Below, piece after piece: positions 18,770 through 28,529 of a stretch of 64,000 bases of DNA; positions within the stretch are counted from its first letter, which is position 1, and the number at the start of each line of letters is the position of its first letter. Where the stretch lies: assembly GCA_963815095.1 (NCBI GenBank), contig CAWFFH010000003.1, positions 32,001 through 96,000 on the forward strand, written 5' to 3'. The translations under genes were made by a program, and so were the position numbers. The notes below the pieces were generated by a model that had not been told where the DNA came from, did not search any database, and worked only from the letters and a program-made list of their open reading frames with translations. Source of the DNA: Candidatus Bathyarchaeota archaeon (lineage in GTDB: Archaea; Thermoproteota; Bathyarchaeia; Bathyarchaeales; Bathycorpusculaceae).

Positions 18770-19870
18770 TTGGCATCAAAAGAAAATAATCAACCCTTTG
18801 GCGCGGAAAAACGCGGCAACAAACTTGATCATTTCATCTGGTCTTGCACAAGAGCATACCCAGTAAAACATGCTTTTTCACTTGGCGACGGAAAACCTCT
18901 GCCCAACGAATTGACGACGTCTGAAGCAAAAGCCATGCTGAAAAAAGTGTCTGTTTTTGGGGTTGATAATATCTTCATTTCTGGCGCTGGCTGGACTGGC
19001 GAACCGCTAATGCGCAAAGACTTCATAGAACTAATACAATACGTTGCCGAATTGAAGTTGTCGCCTTACGTAAAGGTCACAGGTTGGCATTTTACAGCTA
19101 AAGTTGCGAAAGAACTCGCTGAAGCAAACTGTAAGGCAATTATTTGTTTCGCAGGGCTTCGGGAAGTAGATGCTAAATTGCGTGGAGAAGGCGCCTTCGA
19201 AGACAGTGTTAATGCAGTCAAACTATGCAAACAATATGATATCCCATTTGCCATGAGCGTAATCAATTCAAAATACGTTGCCAACCAAGTTCCCGATTTA
19301 GTTAATCTTGCGATTGATTTGGGAGCGCGAAGCTTCCATTTGGCATCGTTGATTCCACAGCCAATCGACGTGGAAAACCAGTTCAAGATTCTAGGCGCAT
19401 TAGAGCCAACCCCCCAGCAGAGAGAAGACCAACTCAACGAAATTTACGAACTCAATAAAAAAGTCCAAGAGAAAATCCTAATTGTACCCTACGAAATGTT
19501 CAACAACCGTGTACTCAAAACCAAAGAGCCTTGGCGCGAACTTAGAAGTACATGTAGCATGTGTGACAACCTCAAAAAATATGAGTGGCTTGAAATTTTA
19601 GAAGATGGAAAAGCTTACGCTTGTGCCCCACTAAACTTGCAGTTTGGTGATATACGAACCGACAGTATTCAGCAAATCATGGATCGCATGCCAAAATCCA
19701 AAGAACTCATGAAACTAGCAGATCGCAACAACCTCAAAGGCAAGTGCGGTGTTTGCGAATTCAAAATGATTTGTGGTGGCTGCCGTGCAAGAGCTTACAT
19801 CTTTAGCAAGGACACCTTAAATCAAGACCCAGCATGCGTTTACCGACCAGCCGCTTTCGGCAAAAATTAA
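18770..19870 (+). CDS. Radical SAM/SPASM-fold protein (AhbC/AhbD/NirJ-like) lacking the CxxxCxxC motif
   Basis: ELTT.EA, GEPLMRKD, RGEGAFE and SPASM KCGVCEFKMICGGCRARAY...DPAC are present; the cluster site reads TRAYPVKHAFS. Confidence 0.85.
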   Translation: MASKENNQPFGAEKRGNKLDHFIWSCTRAYPVKHAFSLGDGKPLPNELTTSEAKAMLKKVSVFGVDNIFISGAGWTGEPLMRKDFIELIQYVAELKLSPYVKVTGWHFTAKVAKELAEANCKAIICFAGLREVDAKLRGEGAFEDSVNAVKLCKQYDIPFAMSVINSKYVANQVPDLVNLAIDLGARSFHLASLIPQPIDVENQFKILGALEPTPQQREDQLNEIYELNKKVQEKILIVPYEMFNNRVLKTKEPWRELRSTCSMCDNLKKYEWLEILEDGKAYACAPLNLQFGDIRTDSIQQIMDRMPKSKELMKLADRNNLKGKCGVCEFKMICGGCRARAYIFSKDTLNQDPACVYRPAAFGKN

Positions 19871-19883
19871 GAAGAGGACGAAA

Positions 19884-20516
19884 ATGGTAAAAGCTGACAA
19901 AACCGAATCATTTGATTTCCTAAAAAAGCAAGCCCTCGAATTAGGTGCTAAAGACGCAAAAATAATTCCTGTTAAAAAAATCGTAATCGAAGATCGAGTT
20001 GTTTTCAAATGTAAACTCGGCTGCGAAAAATACGGAAAAACCCTAGCATGCCCTCCATACGCTCCTACACCTGAGGAATTCCGAAAAATAGTCAACGACT
20101 ACCATTACGCCATGTTCATGAAGTTTAAAACGCAAGTTGAGGGAGATTCGGAACTAATAAAGTATCTTTCTAAAGGTGATGACCCCTCTGTTCCTGCGGA
20201 GATGAAATTAAAAGTTGAAGAGTTCTGGTCTGGTTGGAAAATTGAGATGAAAAAAATCTTAGATGTTGTACATGACCTCGAAAAGGCGGCCGCTAAAGAA
20301 GGATATCTGCTTGCTATTGGGTTGGTCTCGGGAGCATGTAACTTGTGTGAAGAATGCAACATAGAAAAAGGCGTCTGCATCCACCCTACAATGAAACGTT
20401 ACTCAGAAGAAGGCGTCGGAGTCAACGTTAAAGCAACCGCGGGAAAAGCAGGCATCAAATTTACTTTGCCATTTAATAAGAATCCTGAAACTTTCGCTTT
20501 GCTCTTAATAGATTAG
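19884..20516 (+). CDS. DUF2284-family predicted metal-binding protein
   Basis: CKLGC..YG...CPP and GAC.LC.EC......C.HP...R.S.EG.G.NV. Confidence 0.85.
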   Translation: MVKADKTESFDFLKKQALELGAKDAKIIPVKKIVIEDRVVFKCKLGCEKYGKTLACPPYAPTPEEFRKIVNDYHYAMFMKFKTQVEGDSELIKYLSKGDDPSVPAEMKLKVEEFWSGWKIEMKKILDVVHDLEKAAAKEGYLLAIGLVSGACNLCEECNIEKGVCIHPTMKRYSEEGVGVNVKATAGKAGIKFTLPFNKNPETFALLLID

Positions 20517-20583
20517 TTCATAAGTTAATGCTTATATAACCAAAAATTCACCTTCAATCAAAATTCAATTGTGAGGCTAATAG

Positions 20584-21690
20584 ATGACATTGAATACGAG
20601 AATCGAGAATATTGACGCTGAAGTCAAAGACCAAACCCTTGTCATTAGGTCAAAAAATCCACTTAGAATTCTCAGCTCTGCCCTTTTGAATGGTGGTTTG
20701 GTTGAGGCAAATGGAATAATTAATGTTCAGGTTCCTGTAGGCAGTGGGAGCGATATGAACGATATGCACTGGAGCGGTCCCGAAGTTTTCTTGAAAAAGA
20801 AAGTGCAATCACTTCAACTTCCGATCGACAAAGTACTCGGATTGATGACTGCGGCAAATATGAAGAATTTGCAGGTCCTAAATGAGAAATGTGGAGAAGC
20901 AACTCTGACAGTTTTTGTTACCGCTGGGGCAACAGTAGCGGTTACGGCAGGTGAACCGGCAGCTTCAAAGAGTACTTTACTTGAACGAATCGGCACAATC
21001 AATATCATAATACTTGTTGATGGAAACCTAACTGACGGCTGCATGGTTGAAGTTATCAAAACAGCCACCGAAGCAAAAACGGTTGCAATACGAGAGTTAG
21101 ATATTAGAAGTCGTTTTTCAGGCGACTTAGCCACTGGGACATTGACGGATAGTGTTGTAGTGGGTTGCACCAAAAAAGGGGAAACAATACGGTACGCTGG
21201 GACATTTACAATTCTTGGGGAATTAATTGGCAAATGTGTGCGTGAGGGAGTGAAGACCGCCATTTGCAAGCAAGAAAATATTGCGCCAGACAGATCACTT
21301 GTTGAAAGGTTAGCAGATAGATGTCTATCACTCGAAACTATCGTTTCGCAGATTTCTGAGGGAAAAATAACAAAAAAGACACCTCAGTATCTGCAAATTC
21401 GAAAACGACTGGAATCGACTCTGTTTGACCCAAAAATTGCAACGCTTGTTATAGCAGCTCTTAGACTCGATGAAGACTTAGCAAAAGGCTTAATCCCCAA
21501 AAAAACTCCAAACACAGTTGATCAGGCTTTGTTTGAGGAAATTGTTAAATCTGCTTCAAAATATTCCTTGAATGATTTTCCAGAATTTTACTTCAATAAA
21601 GAAAAGCCCGAAGAAGAAGCCCAGCTAGGTCCTTTTACAAAAAGTGTTTTAAAAGCTATTTTCCAAGAGGCTCAATCAAACATCCCCTGA
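20584..21690 (+). CDS. cbiZ: Adenosylcobinamide amidohydrolase with a degenerate C-terminal CobZ/PgpA-like domain
   Basis: LSSA..NGG, GLMTAA, GTINII, TATEAK, ATGTLTDS. Confidence 0.88.
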   Translation: MTLNTRIENIDAEVKDQTLVIRSKNPLRILSSALLNGGLVEANGIINVQVPVGSGSDMNDMHWSGPEVFLKKKVQSLQLPIDKVLGLMTAANMKNLQVLNEKCGEATLTVFVTAGATVAVTAGEPAASKSTLLERIGTINIIILVDGNLTDGCMVEVIKTATEAKTVAIRELDIRSRFSGDLATGTLTDSVVVGCTKKGETIRYAGTFTILGELIGKCVREGVKTAICKQENIAPDRSLVERLADRCLSLETIVSQISEGKITKKTPQYLQIRKRLESTLFDPKIATLVIAALRLDEDLAKGLIPKKTPNTVDQALFEEIVKSASKYSLNDFPEFYFNKEKPEEEAQLGPFTKSVLKAIFQEAQSNIP

Positions 21691-21726
21691 CTGTTTGGGG
21701 TCATCTTGCCCTTGCAGAATAGAAAA

Positions 21727-21753
21727 GTATTACTATTTCAATAAATAGTGTGC
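21727..21753 (+). promoter_or_regulatory. Putative metal-regulator (NikR-like) operator
   Basis: GTATTACTATTT-CAAT-AAATAGTGTGC inverted repeat at the start of the Ni/Co transporter gene. Confidence 0.45.
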
Positions 21754-22458
21754 ATGACTATGGATCTGTCAATAATCTTTATCCTTTTTACAAGATTAGG
21801 GTTAGGCTTAGCGCATTCCCTTGACCCTGACCATGTTGTCGCAGTATCCACCTTATTATGCAATAACAAAAGCCTACGAAAATCCATCTCTTCAGCAACT
21901 GTCTGGGGCGTTGGGCATTCAGCGGTGCTTTTTGTAATCGGATTACTTTTCCTCACCCTAAGCGTTGTAATTCCTCAATCTATGCTCAATCTATTCGATT
22001 GCGCCGCTGGATTTTTGCTAATAACTTTGGGAGCATTTGTGCTTAGACCATTAATTGCTGAAAAAATCAACGACAACCAAATTATCAATGATCACACCCA
22101 TTCGCACCCGCACTCGCATCCTCATTCACATTCACACGATCACGCCATCGAAAACCATCAAGAACATGCTTATCTGCATAAGTCAGCGATTACAGGTGCT
22201 CTGCAGGGTCTGGGAGGCAGCGCTGCCTTAATGTTGGTAACGGTGTCAACTGTGAATTCAGTTGAGGTAGGTGCAGTCTTCATTTTCATCTTCGGAGTTG
22301 GCGTCATCTTGGGTATGGTTGGTATTGCTTGCTTAGTCGGGTCTGTTTTGGCTTATACTGCAGCGAATTTGGAGAAAGGGCATAAAGTCATTAAAGTTCT
22401 AACTGGTTCAGCCAGTATCGTTTTTGGTATCGTCATTATTGTTTATGCTGTGGTTTAG
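21754..22458 (+). CDS. High-affinity Ni/Co transporter (NiCoT/UreH type)
   Basis: HSLDPDHVVAV, WGVGHS, His-rich loop HTHSHPHSHPHSHSHDH, GLGGSAA. Confidence 0.88.
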   Translation: MTMDLSIIFILFTRLGLGLAHSLDPDHVVAVSTLLCNNKSLRKSISSATVWGVGHSAVLFVIGLLFLTLSVVIPQSMLNLFDCAAGFLLITLGAFVLRPLIAEKINDNQIINDHTHSHPHSHPHSHSHDHAIENHQEHAYLHKSAITGALQGLGGSAALMLVTVSTVNSVEVGAVFIFIFGVGVILGMVGIACLVGSVLAYTAANLEKGHKVIKVLTGSASIVFGIVIIVYAVV

Positions 22459-22505
22459 TCGTTACAAAACCAAACGTTGAATACTGTTAAACTGCCTCTG
22501 ATTTT

Positions 22506-23198
22506 CTACGATCTTCTGGTTTCGCAGTTGTTTGGTAGTTTTTTCTGTGTGAAGAGTTCTAAACCCCAAAGTTTTACGCCTCCTAACCGCGATAACGAAA
22601 CAATCAGCGAAGACGCAATAACACCCTCAATTATTCCTGTTGGAACATACCAAAAAAGCATAGAGGGAACAGTCACAAATAATCCTCCAAGAGTGCCAAC
22701 CATTGGAAAAAGACCAATTTCTATTCCTACAGCCAACGCTGTACATACATTAGAGATGAAGGAAGCAACAAACATTCCAATCGCTAACCTTTTTGTCGTA
22801 AACCCTCTTGAAAGGAACGCTTTTACGATGAAGAATGACAATGCGCCGATTACTGCCATGTTGAAGAGGTTTACGCCAAAAGTTGTTATTCCGCCATCAC
22901 CTAACGCTAAAGCCTGAATAACTAAGGTTATAGTCATACTGATTACACAAGCGAATGGTCCAAGAATCATGGAGATTGCAGTTCCGCCTAAGAAATGCCA
23001 CGTACTGCCTCCGCCCGCGACAGGAAATTCGACTAACTGAATAACGAGTAGGAGTGAACTAACAACGCCAATTAGCGGGATAATATGGCGTGGGTGATTC
23101 TTTTTTATTCCATGCCACGCCCACGCTAGAAAACTGAAAGCTACGAGGTACATGGTTATACACGCATATGGATTGAGAATTCCATCGGGGATGTGCAT
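22506..23198 (-). CDS. cbiM: ECF transporter S component, CbiM/NikM family
   Basis: Diagnostic N-terminus MHIPDG; H.LGG; QAL..GDGG.T..G.N..NM. Confidence 0.9.
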   Translation of the reverse strand: MHIPDGILNPYACITMYLVAFSFLAWAWHGIKKNHPRHIIPLIGVVSSLLLVIQLVEFPVAGGGSTWHFLGGTAISMILGPFACVISMTITLVIQALALGDGGITTFGVNLFNMAVIGALSFFIVKAFLSRGFTTKRLAIGMFVASFISNVCTALAVGIEIGLFPMVGTLGGLFVTVPSMLFWYVPTGIIEGVIASSLIVSLSRLGGVKLWGLELFTQKKLPNNCETRRS

Positions 23199-23340
23199 TT
23201 CTTAAATAGTGTGAACTTTACGTATTTTAGTGTTACTGCCCACTCGAAAAACCTTTTGACAACATAATAAATTACCCAAAGAAACAAAAAAGGATCAAAT
23301 CAAAGGGAAACCGCAGGGTAAAATCATCCATGAGGTTAGA

Positions 23341-23361
23341 TACCCCAAATTATTTGGGGTA
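23341..23361. terminator. Perfect inverted repeat TACCCCAAA-TTA-TTTGGGGTA (terminator or protein-binding site)
   Basis: 9-bp arms; downstream of 23417-24175 and upstream of cbiM. Confidence 0.4.
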
Positions 23362-23416
23362 GAAAATAATATTCACAAAAATTTTAAAACAAAAAAAATA
23401 AAAGAAAAGAAGAATA

Positions 23417-24175
23417 TTATTTTTTATTTCTTCTTGTGACTGCAAATGTTCCAAATGCGACAGCGACTAACATTACAACTAAAATGCCTGCAACTGCAGA
23501 TGAATACTCAGGGACTGCTGGTGTTGGTGTTGGAAGTGATACGGTGCTGCTTGTTGGAACGAACATTGCTTGTAAACCGCAGCTATTTGCTGTAACGTCT
23601 AATGCAACTGTGTCTGATGTGTAAGTGTTAGCTCCGTTTGCAGAGACAACTATCCAATAGAGGAACTGGAAGCCAGAACCAGGAACAGCTTGGAAGTTAT
23701 TTGTTGTGCCGGTAGTATAGTTGGTATAGGTTCCTGTGCTTGGATTCGTTTCTCCGCCTATAGAGGCTAAGATATCGATAGTGGCTGATCCACTGGATGT
23801 TGAAGATTCTGTAGCGTTGCTAGTTGGGATGAACATTGCCTGTATTGCACTGCTAGCAACGTCTGGAGTGTATGCCAATGGGTTATCGGTTGAAGTAGTA
23901 GCCCCCGATGCGCTGACAACTTCCCAGCACAAGAATTGGAAGCCTGAGCCAGCAGTTGCATTTAAATCAACTACTGTGCCATTTTCAAAATTGTAGCTGG
24001 TTCCTCCAGGAAGAGTTGCCCCCATCGTTGAGATTGATCCGCCTAATGAAGTGTAGATGTAAACTGAGTCCTGTGTTGCTGCTTTTACACTTGGACTTGT
24101 AGCAACTATTAATAGCGCTGATGTTAGAAAAATCAGAGCAAAAGCTTTAAAGTTTTTAGATTTTGACATTTTCAA
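23417..24175 (-). CDS. Secreted S/T-rich surface protein with two internal beta-repeats and a PEF-CTERM-like sorting signal
   Basis: Signal peptide; two GSGFQFLxWxVVSAxGAxT...QAMFxPTS repeats; PTPTPAVPEYS, TM helix, RRNKK tail. Confidence 0.82.
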   Translation of the reverse strand: MKMSKSKNFKAFALIFLTSALLIVATSPSVKAATQDSVYIYTSLGGSISTMGATLPGGTSYNFENGTVVDLNATAGSGFQFLCWEVVSASGATTSTDNPLAYTPDVASSAIQAMFIPTSNATESSTSSGSATIDILASIGGETNPSTGTYTNYTTGTTNNFQAVPGSGFQFLYWIVVSANGANTYTSDTVALDVTANSCGLQAMFVPTSSTVSLPTPTPAVPEYSSAVAGILVVMLVAVAFGTFAVTRRNKK

Positions 24176-24276
24176 TTCACCAATTGCTTGTTTACCTTTT
24201 GTTATTTAATTGCCATATAAGGTTTTTCCAATATCTGAAACAATTAATAGAAAATTTAAGCAATTTAGGAGCAGGT

Positions 24277-26367
24277 TTACCTTTCTATTGATATTTTGCT
24301 GATTCCGGCTTCTTTCTCCAGAATAATCACGTGATCCGCTTTTGCTGCGAACGCTTCACTGTGAGTTACAGCGATGATTTGTTCGATGGCTTTGAATCGA
24401 CTTATCGCTTCAGCTAAACGTTCAATGCTGCCGTCTTCGCTTCCTAAGTTTTCTGTGGGTTCATCAAGCATTAGCATACTCAAGCCATGACCAGTTCTCG
24501 ATTGCATTATCAACTGCCCCAATCCCAAACGGTAAGCAAACGCCAACAAAGTTCGTTCTCCACCAGAAAGGTTACTGACCTCACGGTCCACACCTGTTTC
24601 GCTCTTCACATAGGGCGTGTAAGTCTCATCAATAACCACGTTAAGCATGGGTGTTTCGCCGCCCACCAAGCCATCAAGGACTTGCTGCACAAAATTGCGT
24701 AGAACCTTGACAAATTCGCTTCTCAATTTAGGTTGAATACTGCGGTATGCATCCCGGATAGCTCCCAAGACTTCTACTGTTTTGCGAATTTTCTCCATGC
24801 GCTCCAACTTTTCCTGCGCAAGGTTGATGCGTTCTTTGATATCGTCTAAGCGTTGGGCAAGGTCTTTTTTGCGGTTTTCCTTAGTGCGCAAATCTGATTC
24901 TACAACATAATATTGCTTAAACGCATGTTCCCTGTGTATTCTTGCTTCTTCAACGTCTGAAAGGTTGAATTTGCAGATTTCAAACTGAACCAACTCCATT
25001 TGCGAGCGTAAATCAGAATCTATCTTCTGTTTCTCTTCAAGTTCGTTTGAGATGTTTGTAAGGTTGCTTTCTTCCTCAGTTATCCTTGCTTTCAAATCGA
25101 CATTGCGAGTAACGCATGTTTGCAAATTAGAATACGCTTCAGAAGCAACAGCTTTATTTTTTTGGATATTTGCAACTTCAATTCGAAGCAGGTTGATTGT
25201 TTTTTCCCGTTCAACATTCTCCTGCTGAATCCTTTGCAACAACCCCGTTTTGTATTCGCCAGTTAATGGTTGAATACAAAGCGGACACTTACTCTCCTCA
25301 GCCAATTCGCCAGATCTTTTCTTGTCGGTTTGCATACTTCGCGCCGTGGCTTCTTGGTCCGCCTTCAAACTGCTAATTTTGTCATCAAATTCTGCCAAAC
25401 ATGAACTCAATTGTTCAATGGGCTGGTTGGTTGGTAATCCTGCTTGCTCAAGCTTGCTCAAACAAGCTTTCACTTGAGAGTTAAGCGAGGTTTGACGTTG
25501 CTTCAAGTTATCAACAATTGTTCTTTTGCCTTCTATGCGTTGGTTAAACGAAGCTAAAGTGCTTGTCATGTTGGTTATGTTTGCATTTAATTTGGCTTCT
25601 TTACGTTTGAGTTCTTCCACGGCGAGTTTTTTCTCTTCGAGCCGTTTGAGTTCTGCGTTTGCTTCATCTAGAGCTCGCTTTGCAACTACGAGTTTTTGAG
25701 TTGAATTTTCCAAATCCATCTCTAAGAGGGTGAATTCTTCGCTTGCTCGGTTATAGTCATTGCTGAGCTTTTCTAAGCCGTTAACATCTGGGTCTTTTTC
25801 ATAAACCCGTTTCTCAGTGTCATAATCTCGTTGGTATTGTGCAATGTTGCTCCATGCAATTTCATAATCAGATAAACCAAACAATTCATCCAAACGCTTT
25901 TGCCTATCCCGCGGCGCAGCATCCAACAATTCCTTGAGGTGTTCTTGCCTAAACCAGACGATTTCACGGTACAGGTCCTTATCCAAACCCGTTATTGCCT
26001 TTAGTTGTTCGGCGATTGCGTCGGTTTTCATGCTGGCAACAAGCTTCTCATCTTCATAGAGCTTTAGTTGCTCAAAGTCTTGGCTGATGCTTTTGCCCTT
26101 GCGTTTTAAGCCTCGCGTTAACTTGTAGGTGCTGCCGTTATGACTAAACTGCACTGTAACCCTGCACCAGTCAGCATCTTCCCGCATAAGATACTCGAAG
26201 CTTCTACTTCCTATAGTATCGCCAAATAAAACAAAGTCAACCGCGTACATGACGCTGGATTTGCCCCTGCCTACGCCACCAACTAAACAGTTGAACCCGC
26301 TGGTGAAGGGAACTGTGGATTTGGTGTGACTGCGGATGTTTTCAAGCTGAACTATTTCTATTTTCAT
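24277..26367 (-). CDS. rad50: DNA double-strand break repair ATPase Rad50
   Basis: LENIRSH, Walker A GGVGRGKSS, coiled coil, zinc hook CPLC, LSGGE, LDEPT, VTH. Confidence 0.93.
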   Translation of the reverse strand: MKIEIVQLENIRSHTKSTVPFTSGFNCLVGGVGRGKSSVMYAVDFVLFGDTIGSRSFEYLMREDADWCRVTVQFSHNGSTYKLTRGLKRKGKSISQDFEQLKLYEDEKLVASMKTDAIAEQLKAITGLDKDLYREIVWFRQEHLKELLDAAPRDRQKRLDELFGLSDYEIAWSNIAQYQRDYDTEKRVYEKDPDVNGLEKLSNDYNRASEEFTLLEMDLENSTQKLVVAKRALDEANAELKRLEEKKLAVEELKRKEAKLNANITNMTSTLASFNQRIEGKRTIVDNLKQRQTSLNSQVKACLSKLEQAGLPTNQPIEQLSSCLAEFDDKISSLKADQEATARSMQTDKKRSGELAEESKCPLCIQPLTGEYKTGLLQRIQQENVEREKTINLLRIEVANIQKNKAVASEAYSNLQTCVTRNVDLKARITEEESNLTNISNELEEKQKIDSDLRSQMELVQFEICKFNLSDVEEARIHREHAFKQYYVVESDLRTKENRKKDLAQRLDDIKERINLAQEKLERMEKIRKTVEVLGAIRDAYRSIQPKLRSEFVKVLRNFVQQVLDGLVGGETPMLNVVIDETYTPYVKSETGVDREVSNLSGGERTLLAFAYRLGLGQLIMQSRTGHGLSMLMLDEPTENLGSEDGSIERLAEAISRFKAIEQIIAVTHSEAFAAKADHVIILEKEAGISKISIER

Positions 26368-27566
26368 TTGGCGAGCTCCTCGATGGCTTGCTTGACTTTG
26401 TCGTCTTGTTTACGAGTTAAGGGCTCAATTAAGCTAATTGCGGCTTTGGCAATTCTGTTCGCGTCCTCTTTGCCATACCGTGCAGAAAAAATTTCCACAA
26501 AATACTCAAACCCTTTGGTTTTCAGATCCTTAAAGCCACTTTCGAAGATTGAACGCACAATTTCATCTGACACTACGGTCTCCTTGAGTAGAACAACCGG
26601 ATGAACAAGCAGGGCTTTTGGGGCTGCGCTTCGGATTTTTGCCATGTTGATTTCTGTTCGGCTGGCTTCTGTAGGTAAGGTCCCTTTGAGCACTGGAATT
26701 ATTACTGCCCCTTCAGCTTCAGCATCTTTTACTAATTGAGTAGCTAAGTCGGTTATTTTGGCCGAGGACATTCCTGAGAAGTCTTGTTCTATTATGACGA
26801 ATCTGCGTGGTGAAGTTAATTCGATTAGTTCAGGTTGGACTTGTCCTTTCTCGTCTACTTTCACATGATAGAAGCCTTTGATGTATTTGGCTTCGCCGTA
26901 ACTCACCGTTTCTGTGCATCCGCTGTAAACCAAAATACCGTCTTTAAATTTGCCAAGGTATCTTTCATGAACGTGCCCAGCCGCATAATAACAAAAACCT
27001 CCTGGCAATTCCTCAGGCAAGATTTCCGCTTCAAAAGGTCCCTTAACGCTTGGTAAATCTAATGCGCCGTGAAAAACAAATATGTTTGCAATACCGGTTT
27101 TGGGGGTTGGCTGGTTTTCCTCCATGAATTTTGGGAGAGCCTCTTGGGTTTTATGGCGATTATGGTAGGTAGGGATGCCATAAACGTAACAACAATCCTG
27201 TTTGCTCCAACATGCGCCCTGATGTCTGGGCAAGTGAATGATTAGTCCTGCACTGTCAAGAGGGTAGAGGATTGTGCTCGTTATTGTGTTTGGGGCAGAG
27301 TCGTGTGACCCATCCACCGTTAATACGGGGATTGCGGCATCTTTAAGCCGCTTAAAACTTCGAATAGTATTCTCCAACGTATGGTTGGACGGTCTTGCCT
27401 GATGAAACAGATCTCCAGCAATAATCATGAAATCAGGCTTTAACTCAATTGTCCTATCTACGAGCTCCTTAAAAGCATCATCAAAGTCTTGCCTTCTTAC
27501 TTCTAAGCCATACTGCGAATACCCCAAATGCAAGTCTGCAGCGTGAACAAAGCTAAACGGCTTCAA
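26364..27566 (-). CDS. mre11: DNA double-strand break repair nuclease Mre11
   Basis: ADLHLG, AGDLF, GSHD, FHG, GHVH; overlaps rad50. Confidence 0.93.
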   Translation of the reverse strand: MKPFSFVHAADLHLGYSQYGLEVRRQDFDDAFKELVDRTIELKPDFMIIAGDLFHQARPSNHTLENTIRSFKRLKDAAIPVLTVDGSHDSAPNTITSTILYPLDSAGLIIHLPRHQGACWSKQDCCYVYGIPTYHNRHKTQEALPKFMEENQPTPKTGIANIFVFHGALDLPSVKGPFEAEILPEELPGGFCYYAAGHVHERYLGKFKDGILVYSGCTETVSYGEAKYIKGFYHVKVDEKGQVQPELIELTSPRRFVIIEQDFSGMSSAKITDLATQLVKDAEAEGAVIIPVLKGTLPTEASRTEINMAKIRSAAPKALLVHPVVLLKETVVSDEIVRSIFESGFKDLKTKGFEYFVEIFSARYGKEDANRIAKAAISLIEPLTRKQDDKVKQAIEELAK

Positions 27567-27722
27567 GCGGGCAAGTCTCCCTGATGTTTACCATTGTGCT
27601 GTGTTAGTTAGTTTGTATGTTTTAAGTGTTTTTGCATGTTCTGATATAAGGAAGTTTTTGGTTGTTGAGGGGAAAAATATAAACCACTACGTAGAGTTTA
27701 GTGGGTAAAAGGCGTCAGTTAA

Positions 27723-28529
27723 ATGAAATGCCAAGCATGCTCTCAAGAGACTTTTCTTCCTTTCCGTTGCCCTCATTGCGGAGGACAATTCTGCGATACA
27801 CACCGTTTACCTGAGAACCATGCCTGCCCAAAAATCGATACTGCCCGAGCCCAAAGACAAGATCAAGTATTAAACCCTGAAGCGTACAATTCATACAATT
27901 ATAGCTATGTTTTTGGTCAGCAACCGTTTCAGCGGCAGCATCGAATTCGTTGGAGCCACAAAGAAGTTCAACATATAGGTATTGCTGCGGCACTCGTAGT
28001 TGGCATCGGTTTTTCGATCGGTTTGTACAGTTTTAGCTGGGGCTGGCTGGTTATGGCTGTCTTCGCCACCCTTATGACAGTGTCTTTTCTGACACATGAG
28101 ATAGCTCATAAAGTTATGGCGCAGAAGGCAGGTATGTGGGCTGAATTTCGCCTCACCACATGGGGAGCCGTATTAACGCTCATTTCCGTGTTTTTGCCAT
28201 TCAAAATGATAGCTCCAGGCGCCATGATGATTGGAGGTCAAACCCCATCTCCAAAGAACTACTTAAAAATCTCAATAGCTGGCGTAATAACCAATATGAT
28301 ATTCTCTGCAACATTTCTGGCTTTAGCGTTTGGTTTACCCGTCAGCGATTATTCAGGCATGCTTTTGTTTGCGGCTTACATTAATGCATTTATGGCTCTC
28401 TTTAACTTGATTCCCTTCGGGATCTTGGACGGTTACAAAGTATTTAGTTTGAATAAAAAAGTGTGGATTGCCGCATTTATCCCAAGTGTTATCCTTACAG
28501 GGGTTATAGCTTGGATACTTTTTGTCTAA
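27723..28529 (+). CDS. AN1-type zinc finger fused to an M50 (site-2) membrane metalloprotease
   Basis: CQAC...LPFRCPHCGGQFCDTHRLPENHAC; HEIAHK; FNLIPFGILDG. Confidence 0.88.
   Translation: MKCQACSQETFLPFRCPHCGGQFCDTHRLPENHACPKIDTARAQRQDQVLNPEAYNSYNYSYVFGQQPFQRQHRIRWSHKEVQHIGIAAALVVGIGFSIGLYSFSWGWLVMAVFATLMTVSFLTHEIAHKVMAQKAGMWAEFRLTTWGAVLTLISVFLPFKMIAPGAMMIGGQTPSPKNYLKISIAGVITNMIFSATFLALAFGLPVSDYSGMLLFAAYINAFMALFNLIPFGILDGYKVFSLNKKVWIAAFIPSVILTGVIAWILFV

Noticed and set aside
22093-22143. CAY-rich short tandem repeat
   Set aside because: Encodes the normal His-rich loop of the Ni/Co transporter.
22477-22917. 146-aa plus-strand ORF and similar antisense ORFs (14286-14822, 20814-21269, 6860-7246, 29188-29580)
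   Set aside because: Shadows of well-supported genes on the opposite strand.
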